Shown here: piece by piece, positions 1-12,993 of the stretch
Layout of the letters: the number at the start of each line of letters is the position of its first letter
How positions within the stretch are numbered: position 1 is the stretch's first letter
Assembly: GCA_038087875.1 (NCBI GenBank)
Contig: CM076000.1
Span: 1,612,001-1,676,000 of the forward strand
Reading direction: 5' to 3'
From: Malacoraja senta
Lineage: Eukaryota
DNA length: 64,000 nucleotides
Notes under the pieces: model-generated
The model's input: only the letters and a program-made list of their open reading frames with translations
Database searches by the model: none
Told to the model about the DNA's origin: nothing
Program-made: the position numbers and the translations under genes

Positions 1-1703
1 GAGTATGGTCGACAATAATTTTATTATTAATATTACCTTGAAAATGTATGAATTTGTATTTGTGTGTAGTCAGAGTTTCATAAATCTGACCATTCATATG
101 CCGGGGAGCCACTGTAATCTAATTTAGTTTTGGCTTTTACAGTCATAGTCTTAGTGTGAAACAGGCCTTTCGGCACAACTTGGCCACACTGGTCAACATG
201 TCCCATCTACACTCGTCCCACCTGCCTGCATTTGGCCCATATCCCTCTAAACCCATCCTGTTAATGTACCTGTCTAATTGTTTCTTAATGTTTTACTTTT
301 CTTTTGCAACTTGATAATCAATGCATAAAATAATATTTCTGTTTTTTTGAAGCAATACACCAATGTCTGAAACTGTGAGCCAGTATTTGTAACTGTATCT
401 AATTTATAAATACTACACAGAAATTATGCTTTTTATTATGTATATTAAATTTGGAATGCAGCTCAGGACCATATTCAAAAAATGAATATCAATTAAATTT
501 GCCAGGATTATGTTGGCTGATATATAAATAAAAGCACAGAAGAAATTAGTGTAATACCATTACAATATAATATTTCAACTATGAAGAGGTGAATATTTAG
601 CTATGCCCATTTGTTTATCAACCAATTTCTGAAATTTAAAATTTGCAAATGGATTCTCTTACAATAAAAATAAAACAATTTGTACTTTAGAGTTAGTTTA
701 GCATTCTCAAAATAGACTGAACTGCAAAGGGTTACTTCATCTATCGAAACATTGGTTAAAATGCATAATTCAAACAGGTGACACTCACAATTTTTGCTGC
801 TACATGACTGAGGACTAATATCTGATGCACAACGCTAAAGGAGCACATGGCAAATAAGCTGGTGTCATGCACTGATGATAATGAGGACTGCAGAAAACAT
901 GTTACATCCTTTTTGGGAATAATGAAGGAAACATTAGCCAAGATAAATAAGATACTTTGAATAAGTTGGACTGACGCTATCAGAAGAGCTGTTACATGTG
1001 GAAAGCAGTTTACACCATTTCCCCAAATGACTTGCAGAGTTTCTCTTCAGAACAACACCAAGGATGCTACCAGTGTCATAAAACAAAATTTCAACAGAGA
1101 TATTTACCTATTGAACACAGTATCATGCTGGTGTATGGTTGAGTATACCAGCATCCCTCTTGTACATTATCCAATTGGTCATTCCTCACATGGGTAATCC
1201 AACACTAATTAGTTGGGCTAGTTAATGATATGGCATTACATTAGATTCCAACATAACTTTACTTTAAGTCCACACTTGTATCTTTCCACCATGTGCCATT
1301 GCAATTAATTGCCCAAACACATGGATCCTATATTAAGCACCCTTGGAGCTAATCCAGAACATAACATAGATCCCCTTTATTTATGTTGATTGGTACAATA
1401 TCAAACCAAGTCACCTGGGGAGCTGGGTTCACCTGTTTCTGAATAAGTTTAGCTAAACATTATTTAATGGAATATAACGGTTTTAGATACGATGCAAAAA
1501 ATGATTTAACTAATGTTACTAATGTAATTGAAAATATTGTTTGAAAATATTGGACCTGTGTGATGCAAATAGTGTTCCCTAATTCATCACTTATATCATA
1601 TCCATCTTGTGTTATTGAAACACGTGTTATAGCAGAACTATTTAGAAAAACTTACTACTCACTAAAATCTGGTATTTAAGTTTATATACAAATAAAAATG
1701 AAT

Positions 1704-2165
1704 GCATCACAGACCAGACTCCCCACCATTGATTCCATCTGTACTTCAAGCTGCTTCAGAAAAACAGCCAACTTATTCAAACATTTCTCCCACCCAGTCA
1801 TCCCTTCTTCTCCCTATTCCTGTTGGGCAGAAGATAATAAAGCTTGAAAGCGTAGACCACCAGACTCAGGAACAACTTATTTCCCTCTGTTATCAGATTT
1901 TTGAATGGTCCATCCATAAGTTAGGATATATCCTGAATCATCTCTGCTCCTTTGCATTCATTGAGCTTCGTCGCTTGAACTGGTGCCCTACAATGTTTAG
2001 ATCTATATTCTTCACTCTATACCTTTTCCTTTGCTCTATCCATTGTCCTGGTGTTTGGCTTGATTGTATTTATGTATAGTATTATCTGATTTGATTGGAT
2101 AGCAGGCAAAACAAAGTTTTTCACTGTACCACAGTACGTATGACAACAATATACCTAAATCATTT
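1704..2165 (+). mobile_element. Degenerate 3' fragment of a Rex1/Babar-type LINE
   Basis: Decayed coding sequence resembling the Rex1 C-terminus (LP.ID.I...C..K...I....SHP.H..FS..P.GRR...L...TTRLRN..FP), followed by a 3' UTR-like tail. Boundaries approximate. Confidence 0.55.
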
Positions 2166-2254
2166 GAAATTTTAGAGCCCAATATTACAAAATCAACTTT
2201 CCTATCAAAAGTGAGGTGTGGATAATGTATATCTTGTCCACACCTAAAATTATA

Positions 2255-3923
2255 ATAGAAACATAGAAAATAGGTGCAGGAGTAGGCCATTCGGCCTTTC
2301 GTGCCAGCCAATATTATCATGGCCGAGCATCCAAAATCAGTACCCCGTTCCGGCATTTCCCCATATCCCTTGATTCCTTTAGTCCCAAGAGCTAAATCTA
2401 ACACTCTCTTGAAAATATCCAGTGAATTGGCTTCCACTGCCTTCTGTGGCAGAGAATTCCACAGATTCATAGATCTCTGGGTGAAAAAGTTTTTCCTTAT
2501 CTCAGTCCTAAATGGCCTACCACTTATTCTTAAATTGTGACCCCCTGGTTCTGGACTCCCCCAACATCGGGAACATTTTTCCTGTATCTACCCTGTCCAA
2601 TCCTCTAAGAATGTTATATGTTTCTATAAGATCACCTCTCATCCATCTAAATTCCAGTGAATACAAGCCCAGTCGACCCATTCTTTCATCATATGTCAGT
2701 CCTGCCATCCCAGGAATTAACCTGGCGAACCTGTGCTACACTCCCTCAATAGCAATAATGTCCTTCTTCAAATTAGGAGACCAAAATTGCACACAATACT
2801 CCAGGTGCAGTCTCACCGGGGCCCTGTACAACTGCAGTAGAACCTCCTTGCTCCTAAACTGAAATCCTCTCGCAATGAAGGCCAACATGCCTTTAGCTTT
2901 CTTCACTGCCTGCTGCACCTGCATGCTTACTTTCAGTGACTGATGTACAAGCACACCCAGGTCTTGTTGCACCTCCCCTTCTCCTAATCTGACACCATTA
3001 AAATAATAATCTGCCTTCCTGTTCTTGCCACCAAAGTGGATAATCTCACATTTATCCACATTAATCTGCATCTGCCATGCTTCTTCCCACTCACCCAACC
3101 TATCCAAGTCACCCTGCAGCCTCATAGCATCCTCCTCGCAGCTCACACTGCCACCCAGCTTTATGTCATCCGCAAACGTGGAGATGTGCATTTAATTCCC
3201 TCGTCTAAATCGTTAATATATGTTGTAAATAACTGGGGTCCCGGCACCGAGCCTTGCGGCACCCCACTAGTCATTATCTGCCATTCTGAAAAGGACCCTA
3301 CTCTACTCTTTGCTTCCTGTCTGCCAACCAGTTCTCTATCCATGTCAATACCTTGTCAAAGGATTTTTGAAAGTCCAGATACACCACATCCACCGGCTTT
3401 GCCTTATCCATTCTACTTGTTACGTCCTCAAAAAATTCAAAAAGATTAGTCAAGCATAATTTCCCCTTTATAAATCCATACTGACTTTGACCGATCCGGT
3501 CACTGCTTTCCAAATGCGTTGCTATAACATCTTAAATAATCGACTCCAGCATCTTCCCCACTACTGATGTGAGGCTAACAGGTCTGTAATTCCCCGTTTT
3601 CTCTCTCCCTTCTTTTTTTTAAAAGTGGAGTTACATTGGCTAACCTCCAGTCCACAAGAAATGATCCAGAGTCGAGAGAACATTGGAAAATGATCACCAC
3701 GATTTCTAAGGCCACCTCCTTGAGCACTCTGGGATGTAGACCATCAGGCCCTGGGGATTTATCTGCCTTCAGTCCAAATAGTTTACCCAACACCATTTTC
3801 TGACCAATGTGGATTCCCTTCAGTTCCTCCCTCCCACTAAATCCTCGGTCCCCTAGTATTTCCGGGAGATTGTTTGTGTCTTCCTTAGTGAAGACAGAAC
3901 CAAAGTACTCGTTTAACTGTTCT
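2255..3923 (-). mobile_element. CR1 LINE, 5'-truncated and frameshifted
   Basis: RT motifs in the ORF track ([44 protein letters not shown]) and a (TATGTTTC)n-type tail near 2255. Confidence 0.9.
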
Positions 3924-4026
3924 CCTCCTCAGCACTATTACCAATTTGGTTGGCTTAATCTATATGTAGATTAGTCACCCATGATAACCACATTTAAAAC
4001 ATGGATTTTAATTTAGTTGTATTGTA

Positions 4027-5594
4027 CCAAAACTGCTCCAGATGTGGTCTTACCAGGGCCCTATACAACTGCAGAAGAACCTCTTTACTCCTATACTGAA
4101 ATCCTCTTGTTATGAAGGCCAACATTCCATTAGCTTTTTTCACTGCCTGCTGTACCTGCACGCCAACTTTCAGTGACTGGTGTACAAGAACACCCAGGTC
4201 TCGCTGCACCTCCCCCTTACCTAACCTAACCCCATTGAGATAATAATCTGCCCCCTTGTTTTTGCCGCCAAAGTGGATAACCTCACATTTATCTATATTA
4301 TACTGCATCTGCCACGCATCTGCCCACTCACTCAACCTGTCCAGGTCACCCTGCAACCTCCAAACATCTTCTTCACAGTTCACACTGCCACCCAGTTTTG
4401 TGTCATCTGCAAACTTACTAGTGTTGCTCCTAATTCCCTCTTCCAAATCATTAATATAAATGGTAAACAGTTGCGGCCCCAACACCAAGTCTTGCGGCAC
4501 TCCACTCGCCACTGCCTGCCATTCTGAAAAGGACCCGTTCACTCCTACTCTTTGATTCCTGTCTGCCAACCAATTTTCTATCCATGTCAACACCCTACCC
4601 CCAATACCATGTGCTCTAATTCTAGTCACCAGTCTCCCGTGCGGGACCTTATCAAAGGCTTTCTGAAAGTCTAGATACACTACATCCACTGGCTCCCCTT
4701 CATCCATTTTACTTGTCACATCCTCAAAAAATTCCAGAAGATTAGTCAAGCTTGATTTCCCTTTCATAAATCCATTGACTTGGACTAATCCTTTAACTGC
4801 TATCCAAATGCCCCATTTTTACCTCTTTAATAATTGACTCCAGCATCTTTCCCACCACCGAAGTCAGGCTAACTGGTCTGTAATTCCCCGTTTTCTCTCT
4901 CGCTCCTTTCTTGAAAAGTGGGATAACATTAGCTATCCTCCAATCCACAAGAACTGATCCTGAATCTATTGAACATTGGAAAATGATCACCAATGTGCCC
5001 ACTATTTCTAGAGCCACCTCCCTGAGGACCCTGGAATGCAGACCATCCGGCCCAGGGGATTCATCATCCTTCAGTCCCATTAGCCTACCCAATACTATTT
5101 CTCGCCTAATGAAAATTTCTTTCAGTTCCTCTACCCCCTTAGATCCTCTGTCCTCCAGTACATCTGGGAGATTGTTTGTGTCTTCCTTAGTGAAGACAGA
5201 TCCGAAGTACCTGTTCAACTCTTCTGCCATTTCCTTGCTACCCATAATAATTTCACCCGTGTCTGCCTTCAAGGGACCCACATTTTACTTTGCTACTTTT
5301 TTTCCTTTGACATATCTAAAGAAGCTTTTACTGTCCTTTATATTCCTGGCCAGCTTCCCCTCGTACTTCATCTTTTCAGCCCGTATTGCCTGTTGTCCTA
5401 TGAAAGTTTCCCAATCCTCTGGCTTCTGGCTACTCTTTGCTGTGTTATACATCTATTCTTTTAGTTTTAGTCTATCCCTAACTTCTCTTGTTAGCCATGG
5501 TTGCCTCCTACTCCCCTTAGAATCTTTCTTCCTTTTTGGAATGAAATTATCCTGCGTCCTCCGGATTGTGCCCAGAAATTCCTGCCATTGCTGT
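4027..5594 (-). mobile_element. CR1 LINE internal fragment (RT region)
   Basis: ORFs 3994..4767 and 4793..5281 encode CR1 ORF2 RT (NYRPVSLTS, YLDFQKAFDKVPH, FADDTKL). Confidence 0.92.
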
Positions 5595-5849
5595 TTGCAT
5601 TGCTGGAACAGATTTGAATCCATTCTAAACCAGAGCTTGAAGTGCTTGATACCAGCCTTGTGTCAAAAATATGGGGTATTATTTCAATCTGCACTATTTT
5701 AATCATCACTAACGTTTTCTAAAAGCACTTATTTACCACAAGTACTAGCTAGCATATCAAATGCAATGTCACAAATTTCATATTGGGTCAGCAGTGTATT
5801 TTGGACAAGGGGCAATTTTTCCATAAATTAATATCTCTTGATTTTCTTA

Positions 5850-6320
5850 ATATTCAAAAATCTTTCAAACTCTGTACTGAATTTATTGATACTCCAGTCC
5901 TTATGGATAGGCAATTTCAAAAATTCACTACCCTTTAGGTGAAGACATATTTTCTCACCAATTCCGAATAGCCAACTCCTTATTTTGTGACTGTCACATG
6001 CTTCTAGATACTTCAGTGCAGAGATAAATCCTCTCTACATTTTGCATGTCATGTCCAGACCATTACACCTTTCAATGAGATTATCTCTTCTTTTCTAACC
6101 TCAAAACAACACATGCCAAGTCTTCTTAATCTTTCCTCATAAAACAAAGCCCCGATCCTAAAATACAATCTAACGAACCTTCCTGAACTCTTTCCATCAC
6201 AAAAAACATCATGGTTCAGGTAGGGAGACCAGCCTTGTACAAGATCTTGGCTACCTCTTTCAAAATCTTGGGATGAAAGCTACCAGATCCTAAAGATTCA
6301 TCGGCTTTCGTCCTATTAAT
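5850..6320 (-). mobile_element. Old, degenerate CR1 fragment
   Basis: Diverged similarity to the 3' part of the younger CR1 copies. Boundaries approximate. Confidence 0.5.
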
Positions 6321-6514
6321 TCTCAATCTTCTGGGCGGGAGGCTTTCGATGTTGTTAATCACTGTTATTCCAATCTACGGAGCAATTCATCAAGACTAAC
6401 AAAAATCTAAATATATGTTGAAAATTGGAGAATAAACTCCAATATGAAATTTTCATATATTCATCTTCAATGGATTATGCAACAGAAAAGACGCCATGAT
6501 AAAGTTCAACTTAC

Positions 6515-6635
6515 TGTCCAAAACTTGATGAAATATTGTAGCACAGTTGCTGCAATGAATAAACAATATAACAGAGAATATGCTAAAAAAAGCATAAAAT
6601 ATTTGTAGTTCGAAAATCCCACACAGTTATTCACC
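6515..6635 (-). CDS. ZDHHC20: ZDHHC20 coding exon 7 (121 bp): [40 protein letters not shown]
   Basis: CCTCAG acceptor and GTAAGT donor. Carries the NNCVG..NYK.F motif and TM3. I could not find later exons in 1-6514, so they probably lie beyond the window. Confidence 0.96.
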
Positions 6636-7529
6636 CTGAGGGGGAAAGAAAATACATGTTATTAGACAATAAATATCTATATTCTAACACTAAAAAATAT
6701 CACATTATCCATTGATATGTATAAATTAATATCATGCAAGTATTTTTTTTAATCTGAACATACAGAAGTGCACCACCTCTTCCAAAATATAAATTTCTTC
6801 TCAATGTTTCCACTGCTTTCCACTACATCAGCTATAACCCAATTGTCCATCTAGTCTACTGCACCAAATGATCTTGAAGTGGAGGCAAAAACGGTTATTA
6901 GGCTTTATTAGTATCATCACTGGCAATTGAATGAATACACCCTTGAACTGATTGATATCACAGCGATAAATTTCAGTGCCCAGCCACCAGCCAATGTTTT
7001 TTTTTGCCCCAATAAAAACTGAGATTCTTTGGGAATGTTTTTGCATCTTCAATATCACAAATGAGAAAATAAAGTTGCCCTCGACAGTGTCCTATGATGT
7101 AGACAGAATACATTTGCCCATGGTATCATAAATAGCATCACAATACTATTTTAGAAAAGTTATATGGTTAAGTAAGTTTCAAATTGACTCAGCACTCCCT
7201 GTTCCAAAAAGCAATAATTTATGATCCTGCCTATAAAAAGCAAAAATAATACATTTTACATTTGATTCCAAGATACCATAAACTGTTTTTAAATTTGATA
7301 AAACTTACTATTTAATACTGAAATAAAGCTGCACAGATAAGTAATCCAAAAATTATTTGATTTTCAGTCTCAAATTAAATTATTTTTATCTTTAATCTTT
7401 TTAAAACAATCCCGCCTTGTCGAGCACACAATGCAAATTCCCCATTTCTGTGAAAGGAGCACATTTCAATAACTGTGTTGTTCTGTTACTTTAAATATAA
7501 TTAAAATGTATATTGTTTGAGCAACGTAC

Positions 7530-7562
7530 CAAGGACAATGATGATCCATTTTTAATACACAC
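7530..7562 (-). CDS. ZDHHC20: ZDHHC20 coding exon 6 (33 bp): MCVLKMDHHCPW, containing the catalytic DHHC motif
   Basis: AAACAG acceptor and GTACGT donor. Encodes DHHC in frame with the flanking exons. Confidence 0.96.
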
Positions 7563-9939
7563 CTGTTTTAAAACAAAAATAAAAATTAGGACAATACTAA
7601 CAATTATTTTTTGTAATTGAGCAAATTTAGTGATTTTGTATGAGTCTCAGGAGACTGCTGGAGGAACTCAGCAAGTCGAGCAGTATCTGTGCAGGTAAAG
7701 GGATGGTTGACATATCGGGTCGAGATCCTGCATCAGGACTGAGATTTGTACAATGACTCTGTTTTTCTGACCAGATAGTGAACAGCATGTGAATTAGTTT
7801 GAGGTCTGAATTTATGTGATACTTATGTTTATTCGCTAAATTTTCCACATATGGTAAAAGTCTCATTCTGGCTGTTCTTAATTGTAGCAAATTCAGATTT
7901 TATGCAAGCTTTCAGTACTTCGGCCATCAAAAAATTAACACTGGTGCAAAGTCATGTAACCTCCTGAAATTTGACCCATTCCTAAACTTATGATTCAGGC
8001 CAATCTACAAGCAGTAGGGTCAAAGGCTGTTTACATGTGACAGTTTAGGTTTTAAGTGTGGTAAATTCAGATACAGTACAAAATGTGCCATTGTAACAGT
8101 TCATAAATATTTCCTTTCTAATACTTTCAGTACCTCAATGGAAAAACAATGAAAAGAGAAATTAGATATATATATATGCTTCTGGATGGACCAAAGTAAT
8201 TTACATGCAATGAACCATGGAGGTTAATTTGTGAACAGCAAGGTTCCATAAACAGCAATAAAATAAATGACTAAAACTTCTATTTTGAATGTAAGTTGAA
8301 AGATAAATATTCATCAGAATACACAAGGAGCTATCATGCCCTGTAAACAATGCAAGGAGTTTAATGTTTGAAATGTCACTACCGGAAAACATTTGAAACA
8401 TACTCGAGTATTTTAAGAGTTTATTTTCAGGTTCAGCAAAGAATATGTATTACTACTGCTGTGACAAAAGTAAAATGTTTGTTGAATCAACAATAAAAAG
8501 TACCTTTTTATTTTGGCCGGAGTCACATGGCACACTGATTTGGTATTGAGAAATATATATTTAAAATAGATTACATTTCGAGATGGAATAGAAATAGTTT
8601 TGATTATTATTCGTAAGAAGCATCTTAATGATTAGAGATTATTCTATTTGGAGAATGCTGGAAACAATCAAATTAGTTAGCATTTGTGGGGGTTATCGTA
8701 TAGTCAGAAATGAATGAATCTGCACATAAAAACATTTTAAAAATAGACCAGGTGAAATTAAGAGCAGAAAAAAAGCAGCTATCCCTTCCTTTTTAATGCC
8801 ATTTACCAGTAATTTTATCCTGTTTCAATGCACTTTTTAATTTGTTTGTTGCCTTCACACATGTAGATTGATTAACGTTTATCACGCTTGCTGTTTTTGC
8901 TGTATGTTGCCAGTAGCTGCTGCATGTTTCTTTTAACTGTTCAGTATGGTGAACATGATCCATCAGCTGAATGCAGACAAGCATCTCAGAATTTTACAGC
9001 TTGACAGCAATTATTTATAATTGACAAATATTCTACGCAATTAACAGGTAAATTAAAAGTTATCTGATACACTTAGACGATTTAGAGTTTGAAGATGTTC
9101 TGCGAATAACAACATTGAGAAAGCACAATTAAGGGCAGCTGATCATCTTTAGTCGAAGCAGCAGGGACAGAATCACTGGCTGTGCATAATCACTTAAAAG
9201 GCTGGGAACTATCTATATATTATCTATTACCAAAGGCTGGGAACTATCTATTCTCTTGGTCGGGCCATTTTGGGATATTTTGCCCTCAAATAGTGGATAA
9301 CTAATGGAGACAATTCCATTGTACCCACCAAGAGAGAAAATAACTTTACGTTTGCACCTGGCACTACACTTGAGACTGGGCCCTGCACCCAAGGAAGAGC
9401 AGCAGCAAAAAGAGTGTCTTAACCACAACACTCAACATCAATTCGTATACAATATATAATTGAAACATACTTGATCAATATCAATTATATCCATGTGGAA
9501 CCCCCTTCATATTTCAGAAACAGATTTGCAACAAATCTTAAGGTTGAAATGTCACACCAAGCACATCAAATTAATGAGGATAGATACCCTAGCGTTAGTC
9601 ATAATTTTCTCAATCTCTTTATAAGGTGAAACAATAGAACTGCCTTTACAAAAATCTGCAAGATGCATTGAATTATTTGAAAAGCTATATAAAATGTCAC
9701 ACCCAGGTTGTGCATTCCGGTTATTCTAAATTGAGAACTTATCGTGTGAAAATTCAGAACCCTAGAGCTACATTTCAGCACTCAATCCACTACCAAAATA
9801 CAGCACCTTTTTTTTTTTAAGCATTAGACAGATTGTAAAATATATGCTCAGTAGTTATTGGAGCAAGTGGTACATTTCCAAATATTTGTTCTCCAAAAAC
9901 CAAACACTCTAAACTTCCAAATGGATACAATCAACTTAC

Positions 9940-10009
9940 ATGTCACAGGCAGAGCAATGATGACAACGGTCAGGTTTAATTAGTTGGCAATGATCACAGT
10001 ACCTGATGG
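9940..10009 (-). CDS. ZDHHC20: ZDHHC20 coding exon 5 (70 bp): AIRYCDHCQLIKPDRCHHCSACD
   Basis: TCCCAG acceptor and GTAAGT donor. Encodes the first half of the DHHC cysteine-rich domain. Confidence 0.96.
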
Positions 10010-11045
10010 CTGGGAAAAGAGAAAGTAATTTGAATTTGAACAAAACAACTCTTCAAGGAAAAAAAAAGCAATATGTAATTGAATCCACATAATGCATCCA
10101 CTATAGCCAATTGTTCATTCTTTTACGTTTAAATATTGCTAACCAATTTATATAGTGCCACTTCGCCCTGGACCTAGCCTGCTGCCCAGAACACTTGTCA
10201 TGTTCTTCCCATTCACATAGCCATTGTGTGGCTGATGATATCCTTCTTTATTTTGGATTTGTCACAATAGAGCATTGAATGAGAACATTTCATAATAGAT
10301 AAACAAAGAATGAAGCTTAGATGCAGAATTGTATATGCCTTTCAAGTCACTGGTTGGTTAATATTTACGTCTTTCTCTATATCTACTAGACAAGGCACCT
10401 TAATCGAAACTTCCAATGCACTCTTTACAGTTTTAAGGATTTTTTTTCAAAAAGTCACAAAGAAGCTACCAACCTTTGTAAAATTGTGACTAGTTATTTA
10501 CCATTCGTGCCACTTAGGAGGATAAGCTAGGGTGGAGTTGACCAATTTTACAAATAAGGACATATTCTGTCATTGTAATAAATACAACAAGGTTGGAAAT
10601 TCCAGACTGAAGATAGTGTGACAACACTCTGATTCCTCGATATTAAATTGTGAAGAGTAATGAAACTGGTGGCAAGAGTTCACAATTTATAAAGATGGTC
10701 TGTAAGATTTTGAATTCAGGACTTTTAACAGTAAATTAAACACGTTACCAATATAATTAAAGAATTAAAATTGCCTCTGATAAATTACAGAATGGATTAT
10801 GCAATGGACATAAGTTTAGTCTGACCTGGCAAGGCTGCATGATAGTTGCATAGCATAGAATTTTTATTAAAAAGTATTAACACCCTAGCAGTCATTCACG
10901 AACTTCGGAACTCTCAATGACAGTTCAGTGCATCACCTCACGTTTAATTGCATTAAACTCCACTTGCCATTTCTCAACCCAAGACATTATCATGTAGCCA
11001 AAGATGATTCATACTTTTAACAATGTCACTAATTTGTGTCATGTG

Positions 11046-12106
11046 CAGAGCTGCCAAGTTTTGTCAGAGTATTTCAGTATTCTAGGACCTGAAAATCACT
11101 ATTTTGCTGAGGAAATCAGTATTTTTACACAGTGCCATTTTGCTGAAAAAAAATGTGTTTTTTTTATGTGCAGTCATACCCATGTAAGAGTACAAGAATG
11201 CATAACTTTGCTACCAATTGACATGTCTTTTACGCACCTTACTTGACAGTGCATTCATTGCCATCTCTTTATATACTGCTGTTTGAACAGCTGCTTCCTG
11301 TTTTTAGATGATGATGCAGAAGCCATTTTGGAAGCCTCCCTCTCCCTCCCTCTCCCTCCCTCACTCTCTCACTCTCTCCCTCCTCTTTCTCCCTCCCTCC
11401 ATCCTTCTCTCCATCCCTCTTTCCCTCCCTCCTTCCCTCTCTCATCCTTCCTTTTTTCTCCCTCCCTCTCTTATTCCCTTCCTCCCTCTCTCCTGCTCCC
11501 TCTCCCTCCCCTCTCCCTCTCCCCTCTCCCTCTCTCCACCCCTCCCTCTCTCCACCCCTCCCTCTCTCCACCCTTGAGCCCACCCACCATTCTGTAAAAT
11601 GAAGGCCAATCCCAATGTAACTGCAATCCCACTGGTAACCTTTCACCACTAGGCTTATCCAGAATTCTACCACTGCCTGAAAAATAATCAAAGGCTCAAC
11701 TACCACTGTGAAAGTGAATTCCAAAGACTCATTGTTATCCGAGAATTTTCCTGAACAGTCTGTGACCCGTAGCACTGTGGCCATAGCGCTATGTGTAAAG
11801 CCCATAGCGCTATGCTTAAAGCCCATAGCACTCCAACTGGTAGCGCTATATTTAGAATCCACAGTGCTATAGCGGACAGCTCTTCGTTTAAATTCCCACA
11901 CGTTAAACTGACAGCGCTCTGTTTAAACCTGGAGCGGGACAGGCAGCGACTCTGGAGAGAAGGAATGGGTGACGTTTCTGGTCGAGACCCTTCTTGAACT
12001 GAACTCCGTATTTAAAATCCGTATTGAACAACACAAAATCATACATCCGTATTCTAATCGCATTTCCGTACAAAATATGGAAAATCCGTACTACTTGGCA
12101 GCTCTG
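11046..12106. mobile_element. Non-autonomous DNA transposon with 14-bp TIRs and a 6-bp TSD
   Basis: CAGAGCTGCCAAGT at 11046 and ACTTGGCAGCTCTG ending at 12106, flanked on both sides by CATGTG (11040-11045, 12107-12112). Contains an internal CT-rich tract and short CATAGCGCTA repeats. Confidence 0.75.
11336..11575. repeat. Polypyrimidine (CT-rich) low-complexity tract
   Basis: About 240 bp of almost only C and T. Confidence 0.9.
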
Positions 12107-12872
12107 CATGTGTGAACTAACTGATCATGCTTCTTACATTCACGAACAAATCATTTACTTATTTTACAACAGATGGATCCCACCAATGATCCCTGTGTAA
12201 CTCCACAACTCACAAGCAATGACAATAACAAAAACCCAATGTTGGTCGGTACAGACGTTCTACCTTCTGTAAATGCTGCACTAAGATGACAGATGCCATC
12301 TCTGTGAATATGAAAATTATTTCAATAAGAAACCTGCAACATTTGCTCCGGCAATGCTTCTTCAGCAGACATATCCATGACATCCATGTAATAAAGTACA
12401 ATAGGGAAATTCCCCATATCAATTCTCTATGAATCTTAACGTAGGCTAGGATGGAAGGCTGATTGATACTACCAAGTCTCTTGGTGATGAATGTTTTAGC
12501 AGATGGACTGTTTCATGCAAGTGATGTTCAATATGAAGCAGTAATGTTGTGCAGCTGCAAGTAAGAATTTCATTGTTCTATCTGGGACATATGACAATAA
12601 AATACTCTTGACTTGATCTAATGACTTGCCATTTCAGGGTCAATGGAAGGTTGGGTTGGGTGGTTTAAAAGGAAAATTGCACTTGCAATTTAGTGCATTT
12701 GCAACTTCTCAAAAACAAATGCATAGGAAATAACCATCAATATCTGAGAAAATATACAAGTAAAAATAATGCAGTGCTGGATTTTATACGCCATTTTTTC
12801 AAAAATCACAGCTTTAATTCTCTTTTATTATTTACTCAATGACACCTTTATCTTACTGAAGTATTAGTTTAC

Positions 12873-12993
12873 CTCCAGTTGCAGTTCTGGTATAAACAGG
12901 CAAGTCTTTGGCAGCTCTTTTTAGAATTTCTTGCTGTGTTTCTGCTCTTTCTTCCCGATCATACTGTTCCTTATCAGATTTTATCAAGTTGAA
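12873..12993 (-). CDS. ZDHHC20: ZDHHC20 coding exon 4 (121 bp): FNLIKSDKEQYDREERAETQQEILKRAAKDLPVYTRTATG
   Basis: TTGCAG acceptor and GTAAAC donor. Lies within ORF 12853..13185 and carries the QQEIL.RAA..LP.YT motif. Confidence 0.95.

Noticed and set aside
756..941. Possible ZDHHC20 exon 8 or alternative exon in 1-6514
   Set aside because: I found no match to the expected AKFHVLFLFF...NRTT.E segment with proper splice sites. The next exon probably lies outside the window, although a short divergent exon could have been missed.
4911..5702. Long plus-strand ORFs over CR1 copies (also 24046..24858 and 16176..16586)
   Set aside because: These are antisense shadow frames of CR1 ORF2 and recur in every copy.
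9197..9251. 20-bp direct repeat AAAGGCTGGGAACTATCTAT
   Set aside because: Two copies around a short AT-rich filler, most likely a small repair duplication. There is no array or element structure.
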